A stretch of 63,869 nucleotides of DNA, counting the filler, from Rhabdomonas costata (Eukaryota), in NCBI GenBank assembly GCA_019059605.1. It is 50 parts of 50 records of this genome, joined end to end, with 100 filler letters (N's around TTAATTAATTAA, not from the genome) between each part and the next. Parts side by side here need not be neighbours in the genome. Positions count along the whole stretch, not along the records: positions 37,101 to 38,279 come from JAHMHO010024817.1; positions 38,380 to 39,561 come from JAHMHO010024818.1; positions 39,662 to 40,840 come from JAHMHO010024819.1; positions 40,941 to 42,119 come from JAHMHO010024820.1; positions 42,220 to 43,398 come from JAHMHO010024821.1; positions 43,499 to 44,677 come from JAHMHO010024822.1; positions 44,778 to 45,956 come from JAHMHO010024823.1; positions 46,057 to 47,236 come from JAHMHO010024824.1; 42 more parts are not named here. One strand, written 5' to 3'. A program made the position numbers and the translations under genes. The notes below the pieces were generated by a model. It was not told the origin of the DNA, searched no databases, and saw nothing but the letters and a program-made list of their open reading frames with translations. Each line of letters starts with the position of its first letter. The first letter of the stretch is position 1. Below, one piece after another: positions 37,431-48,410 of this stretch.

Positions 37431-37878
37431 ACCATATAACCCGACCTCACCGTCATCCAGAGCAAGGTACTACCGAGAAATGCTGAGGGTTTCGCAGGAT
37501 AGCTTTCTGGGTCCAGAAGGAGGAAAGCAGTGCCTTTGCCCATGGTTCCTCCGCAGGAAACCATCGAGCACACAGAGTTGCACCTTTGTTTGCGGAGCCC
37601 CGGCGTCAGGCCAAACTGCCTTTCGTCGAAACACGCTATTTCGCCAGTATTTCGCGTTTAAAAAAGTTCAACCCCCCTCCTTCCATTCAAATGAGGTGAG
37701 GTTACCTTCTTCTGTACTCCAGGCCCTTCTGCTGGACGATGGGTTTCTGAGGGAGCGCAGCCACTCGCTGGCGTGGCACGAGCAGTTCGTGCCGCACGTG
37801 TTTCGGGTGTTGCGGATCGAGCGCGTGGCGGAGGAAGTGCTGGAGGCAGCTGCCGTGGAGCACCCCACACCCCCAAAG
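37431..37878 (+). CDS. Hypothetical protein exons (about 37431-37466 and 37723-37878)
   Basis: ...PDLTVIQSK|ALLLDDGFLRERSHSLAWHEQFVPHVFRVLRIERVAEEVLEAAAVEHPTPPK; GT-AG boundaries; the first exon needs one extra C near 37440. Confidence 0.5.
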
Positions 37879-38539
37879 GTGTGTGTGTGTGTATGTATTT
37901 GGGAGAGTATTTGAAAGTCCGATGAAGTCAGAAAAGACCCCAACCAGCGCCATGTCTGTGTGTGCGTGTTGAATGTGAGGCCCCAAATAGTTCTCAAAAC
38001 GCGCCCGGTGTACACTATGAATCGGTGGGCCACATGAGGTTAGCCAATCCCACGGTACAAAAGAGAAGGACAAGGCACCGTGGACCGACAAGGGAGTGAG
38101 GCCCAATGGGCCCATACCCCATCGAAAGTTGGGAGCCCAGTGTCACTGTGAGTCCAGCAGCAGAGAGGGGATTTGCACCCTTAGAAGCCCACACTGCTGC
38201 CTTTCTCGTTTTGGTGGGCCGCTTCCCACGTTGATCCTTTTGGTTGGAGAAGGACCTTCCAGGGCTTCATCCAAAACAANNNNNNNNNNNNNNNNNNNNN
38301 NNNNNNNNNNNNNNNNNNNNNNNTTAATTAATTAANNNNNNNNNNNNNNNNNNNNNNNNNNNNNNNNNNNNNNNNNNNNTTTCGCGGCAACTTTTGGAGT
38401 TAGTGTGAGTTTAATTGACCGACCCAAGTTACAAGTTGTGAGAATGTTGCCTGAGTGAACCACGGCCAAATTCAGGGAAAACGATACGTCAGGGTTGGAA
38501 AAGGGTGAGTAGGTGGGGGGGGGTGACCCTGGAGCTTAC

Positions 38540-38753
38540 CTGGTTGACAGCCTCCAGCTCCCTCTCGCTGTGCACCAAATGGGGCGCCGTGGGGTTGGGG
38601 TTCAGCGTGCCTTCCTGGTAGATCCGTACACACTGCTCGCTGACCTGATAGGGATGGAAGTCGCTGTGCCCAGTGCCCTCCTGCGGGCTCACACTGACCA
38701 CAACGCAGTGCGGGCCGAACTTCGCCGCCAGCTCCGCAGTTTTCAGCACCTGA

Positions 38754-38799
<46 letters not shown>

Positions 38800-39561
38800 A
38801 GTCAAGGAAACCAACCTGCATTTCCTAAACCCACCTCCAACAACTATACTGCCCGTTTAGGTGTTCGCATCTTTCATTTTGGGTGGTGAACGTGTGAAAG
38901 GCCTAAAAACAAGTGAAAAGTTGTGACAGAGAAGGTCCCGCAGGGACGGGATGATGTTTTGCACCACCCCAGTTTTGGATGCCGTGGACACGTACCATGG
39001 GCTACCGTGGAGTATGGTATCCGACAGGGATCAGCTTTTCATGAGTAACTTTTGGCAAACAGTGTATAAGGTCCAGGACATCAAAATACGAGCTTCAGTT
39101 CCCTACCGCCCACTAACGGACAAGCTGAACGGACTTATGAGACACCAAAATCAGGTCCTTCGAATACTGCACCATCCCCTCTCAACTTTGCACCTTCTAG
39201 GTGCGCACTGCCCAGCATGGTGAAAGCTTGGGGTGCGGGGATAAAAAAGCTTCTTCCCTCCGTAAAGCAGAGGATAATGTGCTACGGTGTGTATAGCTCC
39301 GGTTTGTGTGTCTGCGCTCAAAAAAATTCACCTCGGCGGCACTGAGGACGTAGTCCCCTCGGTTCTTGAGGTGGGAGAAGATCCACCCCACCACTTGCAG
39401 CCCCAGAGCCTTGCCCAAGGGAAGCACGTAGTCCAACAGGGGGTCTTCGATCTCGGAAAACCCAGTGGTGCCCACGGCGGCCTGGCGAGGCTCGTAGATG
39501 CAGTCCACCGTGACCACGCGGGAGGCGGGGTCGAAGCTGCCCAGCATCAGCCCAAACCACA
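38540..39561 (-). CDS. NPL4: NPL4-family (Cdc48/p97 cofactor) fragment; exons 39561-39332 and 38749-38540
   Basis: GLMLG...VTVDCIYEPRQ...LGLQVVGWIFSH...YVLSAAE|VLKTAEL...FHPYQVSEQCV matches NPL4 MPN-like motifs (IYEPPQ, GL..VGWIF, LS..EV, YQVS.QC). Confidence 0.88.
38761..38797 (+). repeat. (CA)n microsatellite next to the NPL4 splice acceptor
   Basis: About 18 CA units seen directly. Confidence 0.95.
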
Positions 39562-39661
39562 NNNNNNNNNNNNNNNNNNNNNNNNNNNNNNNNNNNNNNN
39601 NNNNNTTAATTAATTAANNNNNNNNNNNNNNNNNNNNNNNNNNNNNNNNNNNNNNNNNNNN

Positions 39662-39916
39662 GGCGACGTGGCGGTCTTCTCATTGTCATATTCCGCCAAT
39701 GGGGAGGCCTTCATCCACATTCCGGACGAGTTCCTATTCCGAGGGAAGAAGCTGTTCGTCCGCGCAGCTTTGGAGGCCACCCCGTCGGAAGCGTGGGTTG
39801 CGTGGATCAGGAACGGTGTATCCTGGTGGAAGGTTGACGACGTCTCCGTGGTCCAAGTCCAGGCCATCCCGTCCGCCAATTTTGTGCTGCTGTTCACCGA
39901 AAATGTGCAGTACTAG
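39662..39916 (+). CDS. C-terminus of a USP (C19 peptidase)-like domain, His-box degenerate
   Basis: IPDEFLFRGKKLFVRAALE...AWVAWIRNGVSWWKVDDVSVVQV...FVLLFTE* fits the USP pattern HY.A..R....W...DD..V...Y.L.Y, but without the His. Confidence 0.55.
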   Translation, partial: GDVAVFSLSYSANGEAFIHIPDEFLFRGKKLFVRAALEATPSEAWVAWIRNGVSWWKVDDVSVVQVQAIPSANFVLLFTENVQY

Positions 39917-41048
39917 ATAATTTCGTGCTGAATCTTCACCACCATACTGGCGATTCTCACGCTGCAGTACTCCGCTCCTATATGTCAAAAGCGGGGGAAA
40001 GTAAAAACTCGCCTGCCAATCCCTTCCTTGCTTCAATTCAGCGTTTTGTGACGTTACTACGTAGAACTTCTGATCTGAAAAGTCTTGTTGTTTTCGGGGT
40101 TTTCGGGCATTCCAATGAGAAAGACCAGCAGACAATGAGCACATTTAAACAATTTCTCAGGTATCCTTTGATTTCCAACTGCGAGTTAGGAAAAAGAAGA
40201 GGCATTTGAATTTGCTTTTTCCGGACTTGACTCTGAAATTGAACTTTAAAGCAGAAAACACGTAATGCAAAAAGGAGGGTAATCCAAGTGGTGAATCAGG
40301 CCCGAGATCTTGCAATGTGACACCAAAAAGTGTGCCCAACCCCTATTAAAGCCCTCTTCTCAAAAGCAAAAGTGCATAATCCAAGAACTCAGTGATGCCA
40401 AAAAGATCGTGAAATCGTTCGCTGTGTTTTTTCCGGTTTTATGTCAGCATGTAAATGCAGCCATCTCTCAAACGCAGATTACTTTTGTGCCTTCATTTGC
40501 CCATACAAGCTCTGTGCTGTGAATGGAACTTGACGAAGAAAACAACTGGATGGAAGGTCTAGTGGAAGATCGCGGACTACTGGATTGGATCAATATTTTG
40601 TCACAACCTGATGGAGATGCTCCGTATGCCAAAAACCGTGCTTACTACCATTTCTTTTGAAAAGTGAAAATTTTCAGGAAATGAGCACACCTTGCCATTT
40701 GTCAGGAGCAACGAGCTGCATGAACCACTGCATCACGGCGATCATCCTGGTCATCACGCTGACGGCAATCATAATCAGCAATGGGTGAATTATCCAATCG
40801 GCAGCGTTCCATTGATTTCCACTCAATTTACCCGGTTTGTNNNNNNNNNNNNNNNNNNNNNNNNNNNNNNNNNNNNNNNNNNNNTTAATTAATTAANNNN
40901 NNNNNNNNNNNNNNNNNNNNNNNNNNNNNNNNNNNNNNNNGGGTGGCAAAGAAACACATTTCAGGGCACTACTCAGCTGAGTAGTGCCCTGAAATGTGTT
41001 TCTTTGCCAGCCCCACCATATCAACTTGTTTGCAATTTGCTCCCACAG

Positions 41049-42119
41049 GTCCGATGCAGTGCCTGGAACTTCCAAGATACCATGGAATCCACGATTCCTG
41101 ACTTTAAGGGAAGGCCAAACAGGGCGGGCGCGGATCTGCAGAAGGCCAAGGATGCTCTGCCCAAGATTGTCTTCATGACTTCCTACGAGTTCGGTGTGGT
41201 TCTATGGTCCAAGAACTGTTGGGAGAGACGTCGGTCGAGAACGTCGTACACTCCTCGTCTTCTACGTACGTGCTTCTTCTTCAGACTTGCTCTCCAAGCC
41301 GCGCACCAATATTGTTGGGGAGTACACCTACCAAAGGGACTCCCGCATCAAGGTTTCCGAGCTCCTGCTTAAGGAAGGTTTGCCCCGAATCTGTGGCTTT
41401 TGGAGCTCGGGGCTGCACATTCAGGAACAGAGCAGGCGTTTAGACTGCTTTCTTCCTTAACCCTTCCTCGCTTCCCAGCCCCGGAGAAGCTCCACGAGAT
41501 TCACGAGTCCAACCCGGAGGTCAAGAAGTTCGCCGAGCTGAAGGCGCTGCAGAACCTCTCCGAATACGCCGGGGACCTGCTGGAGAAGCAGCTCACCAAT
41601 GTGCAGCGGATCAACGACTTTGTGGACAGGTGTCTTCTCCCCATGCAGGCCACCGGCCACCGGCCCATCTCTGGCATCACTGGCTTTGTTGGTGGTTCCA
41701 ACCACCCAAACCTGAGCTCTTGTCTCTTGCCTATTGTGAGTCTTGAAGTGTCTCTGAGTCGGCCCTGGTCCAAGCCAAGACAAGCGAAGACAAGCGCAAG
41801 CCAAATCATGGAGTCCGAAAAGAACGCAGTGAAATAGCTTACAACCAAACGAGGGAAGGTGCAAACGGTTTATTTATTTGACCGATCATCAAGATCCATC
41901 ATATCATTGGGAAGAGAGTCTCAGAAAGAACTGGAAGAACCGGCTTTTTGCTGCAGGCTTGCTGAACGCTCATTTCGGGGAGATCCTACGCACACGTCAC
42001 CCGCGCGTTGTGTTCGCAGCAACCCTGTCTACCTGCTGGACCAGCCCCTGCGAGAGGAGGCCCGGTGGAACCTCACCGAGGCCATGGACAACCACACTCG
42101 GGCCCTTGTCCGCAAAGAG
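41049..42119 (+). CDS. Putative homologue of the trypanosomatid cytochrome c oxidase subunit trCOIV; exons 41049-41193, 41285-41377, 41479-41629, 42020-42119
   Basis: Three phase-consistent GT-AG introns give one frame. AKDALPKIVFMTSYE and PLREEARWNLTEAMDNHTRALV resemble trCOIV AKSVLPHVDFASSYE and SLREKTRWNVNTELHPADRAEI (recalled from memory) at similar spacing. Confidence 0.7.
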
Positions 42120-42219
42120 NNNNNNNNNNNNNNNNNNNNNNNNNNNNNNNNNNNNNNNNNNNNTTAATTAATTAANNNNNNNNNNNNNNNNNNNNNNNNN
42201 NNNNNNNNNNNNNNNNNNN

Positions 42220-43348
42220 TGTGTTGGGTGAGTTTAGGTTTGTTGTTGCGGAAGACGTTGCGAGTGACGGTGAACTTGCTGTCGCCATCCAGATACACCG
42301 CGTAGGCGCCGTTGTTGGTGAACTGGCTGTCCTGCACCGTGACCTGGGTCTGGAAGCGGTAGGTCAGGATGGCTGCGAAAAGGGCACAGTGCACAGTGCG
42401 ACCGCATTCTCAGCGACAATTCATCTGTGGTGTGCCACCAGTGGCTCTGTCACCTCCTCACCTCGCATGAAAGCACGCATTTTGGAAGACAGGCGTCGGC
42501 GCGCCCGATTGCGGCAAGTGGTTGTCATGATGGGCGTCTGCACAGTTCTGAGAGAAACATATACGTCTCAAGAGAACATGAATTTTCACTGTTCGACGGA
42601 TGCGCGCATACTGTTGCAAAGTAACAAAGCGCGCGTGGGAACGGGGTGTATTTTTGTTGGGTTACTATCGTCCAATTTGGGATTCCAGAAGAAAGACAGT
42701 ACGGCAAAAATGTAGATGGTGTTCACTATAGTGTTATTTGAAGGAGGATGGAAAACAACACCAGGGAGACAGCTCCCCCTCCCTGCTCACCGCTCAGGCG
42801 GTTGCCCTGGAGAAGAATACCAGGTTTATGAAGGGTCCGCTCCACCAACACTTCGGTCCCGAACGACTCCGGCGCCCGGTTTCTATCCCATCCTTTCCAC
42901 AAAAAGCGCACCGTTTAGCGCGCAGTTCTTGAACGTGGACCCAGAAACGGTGACAGGGGAGAACTTCCCGTACAGCAGCAGGCACACGCCGCCGACACCG
43001 TCGAAGGTCGTGCTGGTCACCTCGCTGAGCCTGCCCTCAATACCGGCCACCGCTGTGCGGGTGCGAAGATACTGCGAGTTGAATGTTTCAAAAGTTTTAC
43101 TCGAAGGTACTGCCATATACACAAATCAAGTGGGGCAGTGATAGGCACTATAAAGAACTCCCATTGAAGTGCAGATCAACGTGAACGAGCGGACGTTGCA
43201 AAATCACCAGGAGCAGAAAAGCACGGGCAAACCCTCCCTGTGGATCTTGGTGAAGGTGCACAGGACGATCCCAACGGCAGTGGCAGGGCCATTGATCATC
43301 ACCGCAGGGCCAACGGCACCTGGCACAATAGAAAACGCGGATTTGAAG
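42220..43348 (-). CDS. Right-handed beta-helix (PbH1-like) protein; exons 43348-43233, 43052-42912, 42372-42220
   Basis: Repeated V...TF/QF..N turns: VTSTTFDGVG, VTVSGSTFKNC, VTVQDSQFTNNGAYAVYL, VTRNVFRNN; two phase-1 GT-AG introns. Confidence 0.75.
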
Positions 43349-43774
43349 CTGCAAAATGACGGACGCTTCCACGTACGTGAAACGACAGAAACCACACCNN
43401 NNNNNNNNNNNNNNNNNNNNNNNNNNNNNNNNNNNNNNNNNNTTAATTAATTAANNNNNNNNNNNNNNNNNNNNNNNNNNNNNNNNNNNNNNNNNNNNGT
43501 GGGTGTGGTTGTTTGGGGTACATCAGAATTTCCACCCTACGTTGAAGAGCAAGTACTCCCTCCAGGGGATTTTCTCCTAGCTCAGCGGCTGCGCAGGGCA
43601 ATGATTGAGAAAATAGCTTCGTTGGTCTCTGTGGTTTCAGCTGCTAGTAAGGAGTAACCAAGAACTGTGGAATGGTTGCAAATCCCATGGGTCTCGGCTA
43701 TGTCAAACTATGGCTTGGACTGCCAAAGTTCAGCAAAGGGCAAGTCCTCAGTCAGCATTCCGAGAAGAAAACCG

Positions 43775-43880
43775 TCTCTTCTCGGTCAGATGTTTGCTTT
43801 TGATCGGAAGCCTGCTCTTGGTCAGAACCCTGCTCTTCTTGGTCGGAGGCCTGTTCTTAGTCAAAAGCCTGCTCTTAGTT
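43775..43880 (+). repeat. Degenerate tandem repeat of about 18 bp (about 5-6 units)
   Basis: Units such as GCCTGCTCTTGGTCAGAA, CCCTGCTCTT(CTT)GGTCGGAG and GCCTGTTCTTAGTCAAAA. Confidence 0.7.
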
Positions 43881-45189
43881 GGTATTTGATCTTTGTGGGA
43901 TGCGTGCTCTTGGTCAGCAGTCCACAGGTTTTCTAGCTCCCGCCTTTGCTCGAGTCTCTGGCTGAGTTCACTTGAGCAAAACGGGTGAGCTGACCAACGT
44001 CTCCCAGGCAAACCTGTTCGGAAGGAACTGGAGAAGGGCTGGGAAAATATGCGACCTGCAAAATTTGCGAATTCGACCCCGCCGAAAATTTTGGCTTGAA
44101 CTGCACCGGTTTTTTTTGCATGAGTTGAAACCTCACAACTGCGGCACAACAGTTCATATTTTCGTATTTTTTTTTTTTGCATCGCCTTTTTTTCTTGGCC
44201 AATTCGCATTTTTCCCAGCCCTGTGTGCGTGTTGTGTGAGGACACCGGTGTGCGGTCAAGACTACGCTTCACCAGGATTTGGAGTGAGGGCTTTCGTATT
44301 TTGGTTGAGGCCTTCGGGTTTGGTCTCTTCTGGCCGCGACTTTTGGCCGGGACCACAGCATTGAGGTTCTTTTGTGTTGGCGGCGCCTTTTTGCTCGTCA
44401 TTCTTGGACCGGAAGAGGTGTACCAGTGGGCAGGCTTCGTCACTATGCCGTAGAATTTTTATTCTCTGACTTAGGGACAGTTGTGCACATCGGAAGAATA
44501 TAGGTCGCTTGAGGGTGGTTAATGCCCAGGACTGCGTCGGCTGACGCGAGTGTTTCGGACTGGCTCCGCGGAAACTCAGAAACTCGCGCCGTCTCCCTCT
44601 CCCTCCCCCCTCTCCAGCGAAGAATAAAACAACACAACAAGGCATGCCCGCACAAACGGTGTGCCCACCAACCACAANNNNNNNNNNNNNNNNNNNNNNN
44701 NNNNNNNNNNNNNNNNNNNNNTTAATTAATTAANNNNNNNNNNNNNNNNNNNNNNNNNNNNNNNNNNNNNNNNNNNNTTTTGGGGGGGCTTTTTCTTTTC
44801 TGGAAAGCGCCGTGCCTCAGGCAAAAGAGGGAGGGGCCGTTCGCAGAGGTTAGAGCATTCCGGCATTTGATCATATTTAGTGAACTCTTGCGAGCGTACC
44901 AATTAACGTACCAGTGATCACTGTGATGTGAGGGGGGACTTCTTGAGACAAAGTGCCTTGGTATGTGTGGGTTGCCTATCTGCAGCAAACGCTCAAAGCC
45001 ACTGGGTCTACAGGATCTCGGGCACCGAAACAGCAGCTCCAAACCATAGCTCTGTTCTTGAAAAGGCGAAAGAAATAATGCTGAGATTGTAATATTTGTT
45101 CTGGCTGTAAAATGAAGGGTGGGGGTGAGGGTGGGTTGCGAGCTCGGGCTTATTATTTTGGCTCCACTCCACTTTTCTCCTCTCCACAG

Positions 45190-45270
45190 AACGAGAAGGA
45201 GGCCCGCATTGAGGCTCAGAAGAGGCAGCTGGAGAAGGACCAGAAGGAGTCCAAGCGGCTTTACGAAGAG
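45190..45270 (+). CDS. 81-nt coiled-coil exon
   Basis: CAG|NEKEARIEAQKRQLEKDQKESKRLYEE|GTGTGC. Confidence 0.65.
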
Positions 45271-46056
45271 GTGTGCCTTTGTGCGTGCGTGCGTGCGTGC
45301 GTGAGATTTTTTATGGATACTGGGCAGCTGTCGTCACTGGAGTAATTCTGGAGGTTGGGGGGAGGTGGTAATTGTTGCCGATAAAAGTTGTCATGTTTAG
45401 CAGTGGCAGGGTTACCTTTTTCAGCCTGCACCCTCACCCGGTGAGTATCCTTTGCCCTGCCATCCCCCTGCAGCCCCGTGTCTCATTCCGTATCCGGGTT
45501 CCAGGTGGCACTCTCTTACCGCACCCCTTTCATCACACTTTGTGATCTCAGGCAAACATCAAGACCGATAAGTATTCGGTGGAGGACAGGGTTTCCGCAG
45601 GGTCACCCGATTCACGTGTTGAGGCTACGATTGTAAGGCTTGATTGATTTAGGCTTGTCGGTGTGTGTTGGTGTGAAAACCGCAGAGAGCAGCAAACAAG
45701 GATCCAAAAAGGTCTGAAGTCCCGTGCCCTGGCGAAGAGCGCCAGGAGCGGCGCCACGATTGGGGCTCTCCGTGGTATGAAGAAGATGACCTGGGGATCC
45801 CAGGCAGAGGAAGAGTTGAAGTGAGGCCACCGAGCAGCAAATGCAGACTAGACTAGCGCCGAGGGTTGGAGCTCCCTGGAACCTAGAACAGTGGCATAAT
45901 GTGTCATTGGTGTTTCCCGTTCCCCGAGAAGGCGCCAGGGAGCTGGAGACACACAANNNNNNNNNNNNNNNNNNNNNNNNNNNNNNNNNNNNNNNNNNNN
46001 TTAATTAATTAANNNNNNNNNNNNNNNNNNNNNNNNNNNNNNNNNNNNNNNNNNNN

Positions 46057-46080
46057 CTACTACTACTACTACTACTACTA
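46057..46080 (+). repeat. (CTA)8 microsatellite at the contig start
   Basis: Seen directly. Confidence 0.95.
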
Positions 46081-47626
46081 TAGTATGGTGTTACCAAAAG
46101 CGTATACATTAGTTCACAGCATAACCGCAGCAATTCTAACAATCATGTAATGCCTCATATTCCAAGCATACGGTGCAGCTGCTAGGTTTGAGTGAAGATG
46201 CATCACAGCTACCTTTAACATTAACTAATCACGCGCCTGGTATATGTTATAAACTAGTATCACCTAGTATGACGCCACAACTACGTCTGGTATTCCATGT
46301 GCACTCGCAGTAGGGTAAAACGTTGCATTGACTCGCTATAATATGACCAAAATGACACAACTTCTCATACCAGAATTTTTTCCATGAAGTAGCTGCTGCC
46401 CTTGGTTCTGTTGGATATTTGACATTCACAAGACGTCAAAAACAGCCATTACACACCTTAATCACTACCAGATGAAATTTCAAATACATCAAAGTCGCGA
46501 AGGAATGTACACACATCCAAAACCAATAACATGCGCTACTACATTGCCCAAGACCCACATTTTCACATCCAACTCTTACACCACCACCCAAAACATGAAC
46601 ACACTCACCACGACTCACACTCCAAATCCACATGTTAAACCAAAAGCCAGCATAACCAAAACCACCAACATCACATACAAACCAGCAACCTGCCCACTTT
46701 GCGTAAAACAACACAACTACACCACAACCAACCACACCTGCCCAATAACTCAACATCAGCCGAGAACGCAACAACTACCAGCAATTCCAAGCATCACTCG
46801 CAAACCCCCACCAACATAGAAGCAGAACCAACAGCACCAGGAACACCAACTGCTAACATCGGAAACCATATGCACGTCACACAACCAATGAAACCATTGC
46901 AAACACAGAACCAAGGCAAATTTATAATTGCAGCGAGAATGTAAGAGTGATTTTAAAAGCACGAAAATAAAAACAAAGAACAATTTCAACAGATCGACAA
47001 TCTGTGAAGCAGATATGAGTTTCCAAGAAAATTGCACATATCAACTGCTGCAACACCAGCCACTACTACAATCTCTCCTTACCACGCCCCATTCAAGCAC
47101 AGTCAACAGCACACAAAACACTCAAGAAGCCACATGGATAATAAACCACACATGGGTAAGTCAAAACACGCATGAAATCCATACGCAATAGCAACAAACG
47201 TAGAACCAAAAATCATGCGCGAGCACACACACACACNNNNNNNNNNNNNNNNNNNNNNNNNNNNNNNNNNNNNNNNNNNNTTAATTAATTAANNNNNNNN
47301 NNNNNNNNNNNNNNNNNNNNNNNNNNNNNNNNNNNNAGTGAGAGAGAGAGAGAGAAAGCGCTTTGCGCCGAAGAGAGAGGACGGAAATGAATTATATGGA
47401 GCTGGAGAAAATCGTACCGCACTACCGCGGTGGGCACCGGGATTTCGCCCCCTATGGGTGCAAGACGACCACCTCCCCGACGTGCAAACCACAAACCCAC
47501 AAACAAACCCCGTAATTGGATGAGTTTTTCGCTACTTCCTCTGTTGTGGTTATTTCAGCGATCGATTGTAAACAATTGTTGCTTTCTTATTTCGGGGTGA
47601 TGTGAAAGTTGATGCTGGGGTTGTAG

Positions 47627-48410
47627 GGTGGAGGTCAGCCTTCTCGTCTGCGAGATCCCTGACTTTGACCGCCTTGTGGTGACTCTGCCCGTCGCGGATG
47701 TCATTGAGCTTCATGCGAAGTACCTCACCCTTGTTCAGGTCCCCGCCACACAGCCCCCACGCCCACCGCGTGCTTTGGGGACAGCTTACGATGAATGCCC
47801 CCTCCCAGCCTTTTTATTTCCCGCATGGTATGTGCATCACTTCCTAAACCCCCTTCGAGGTCAACAACCTCTCGAAGAAAAAAATTGTTTCGTGCCTTGC
47901 CTGCTAACCCCCCGAGAGCCGGTAACAGTATCTCCGTTTCAGCGGACTTTTCGGGCGTGCGTATTCATCGCATCGTGTTCTCGTTGCTTGAATCCGAGAT
48001 CAGTGGCTGTGGGTTGGGCGGGAAGCTTCCTGCTTTCTCTATTTTTTTCTTTCAGGACATCTCGAAGTCCACCAAAGGGGTGCTGCACACCCTTGTTGGG
48101 GATAAGGTAGTTCTCTCATACAACGCTGCCAGCCACGTCGGCAACCACTCCGAGCAGGTTTTTATCCGCTGCTTGTGCATTGCCTTCTCCCGCTCTCCCC
48201 CCTCTGATTGGTCATCGCCCTTCACCGAGAAGAAGAAGGGGCCTGAGTGATGGAATGAGTATGGAGTGGAAGAGCGGAGAGGTCAGTCCTTCGCTTTCTG
48301 CGTAAAGGCGTGCAACGCAGCACTATCGCTGCGGGACACCCTGGCAAAGAACAAGGACTTCCTGGGCCGCAAGGTCCGCGCCGCGGTGGCTTCGGGCAGG
48401 GCCCACGTAG
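47627..48410 (+). CDS. Degenerate class III nucleotide-cyclase-like domain (host gene); exons 47627-47738, 48056-48157, 48308-48410
   Basis: VSLLVCEIPDF...HAKYLTLVQ|DISKSTKGVLHTLVGDKVVLSYNA...H.EQ|ACNAALSL...VRAAVASGRAHVG follows the cyclase fold pattern; GT-AG introns, phase 0. Confidence 0.8.

Noticed and set aside
37431-37466. In-frame TAA in a codon-biased exon, suggesting stop-codon reassignment
   Set aside because: A single missing C in a homopolymer explains it; no well-supported exon contains TAA/TAG, and TAG and TGA end other host frames normally.
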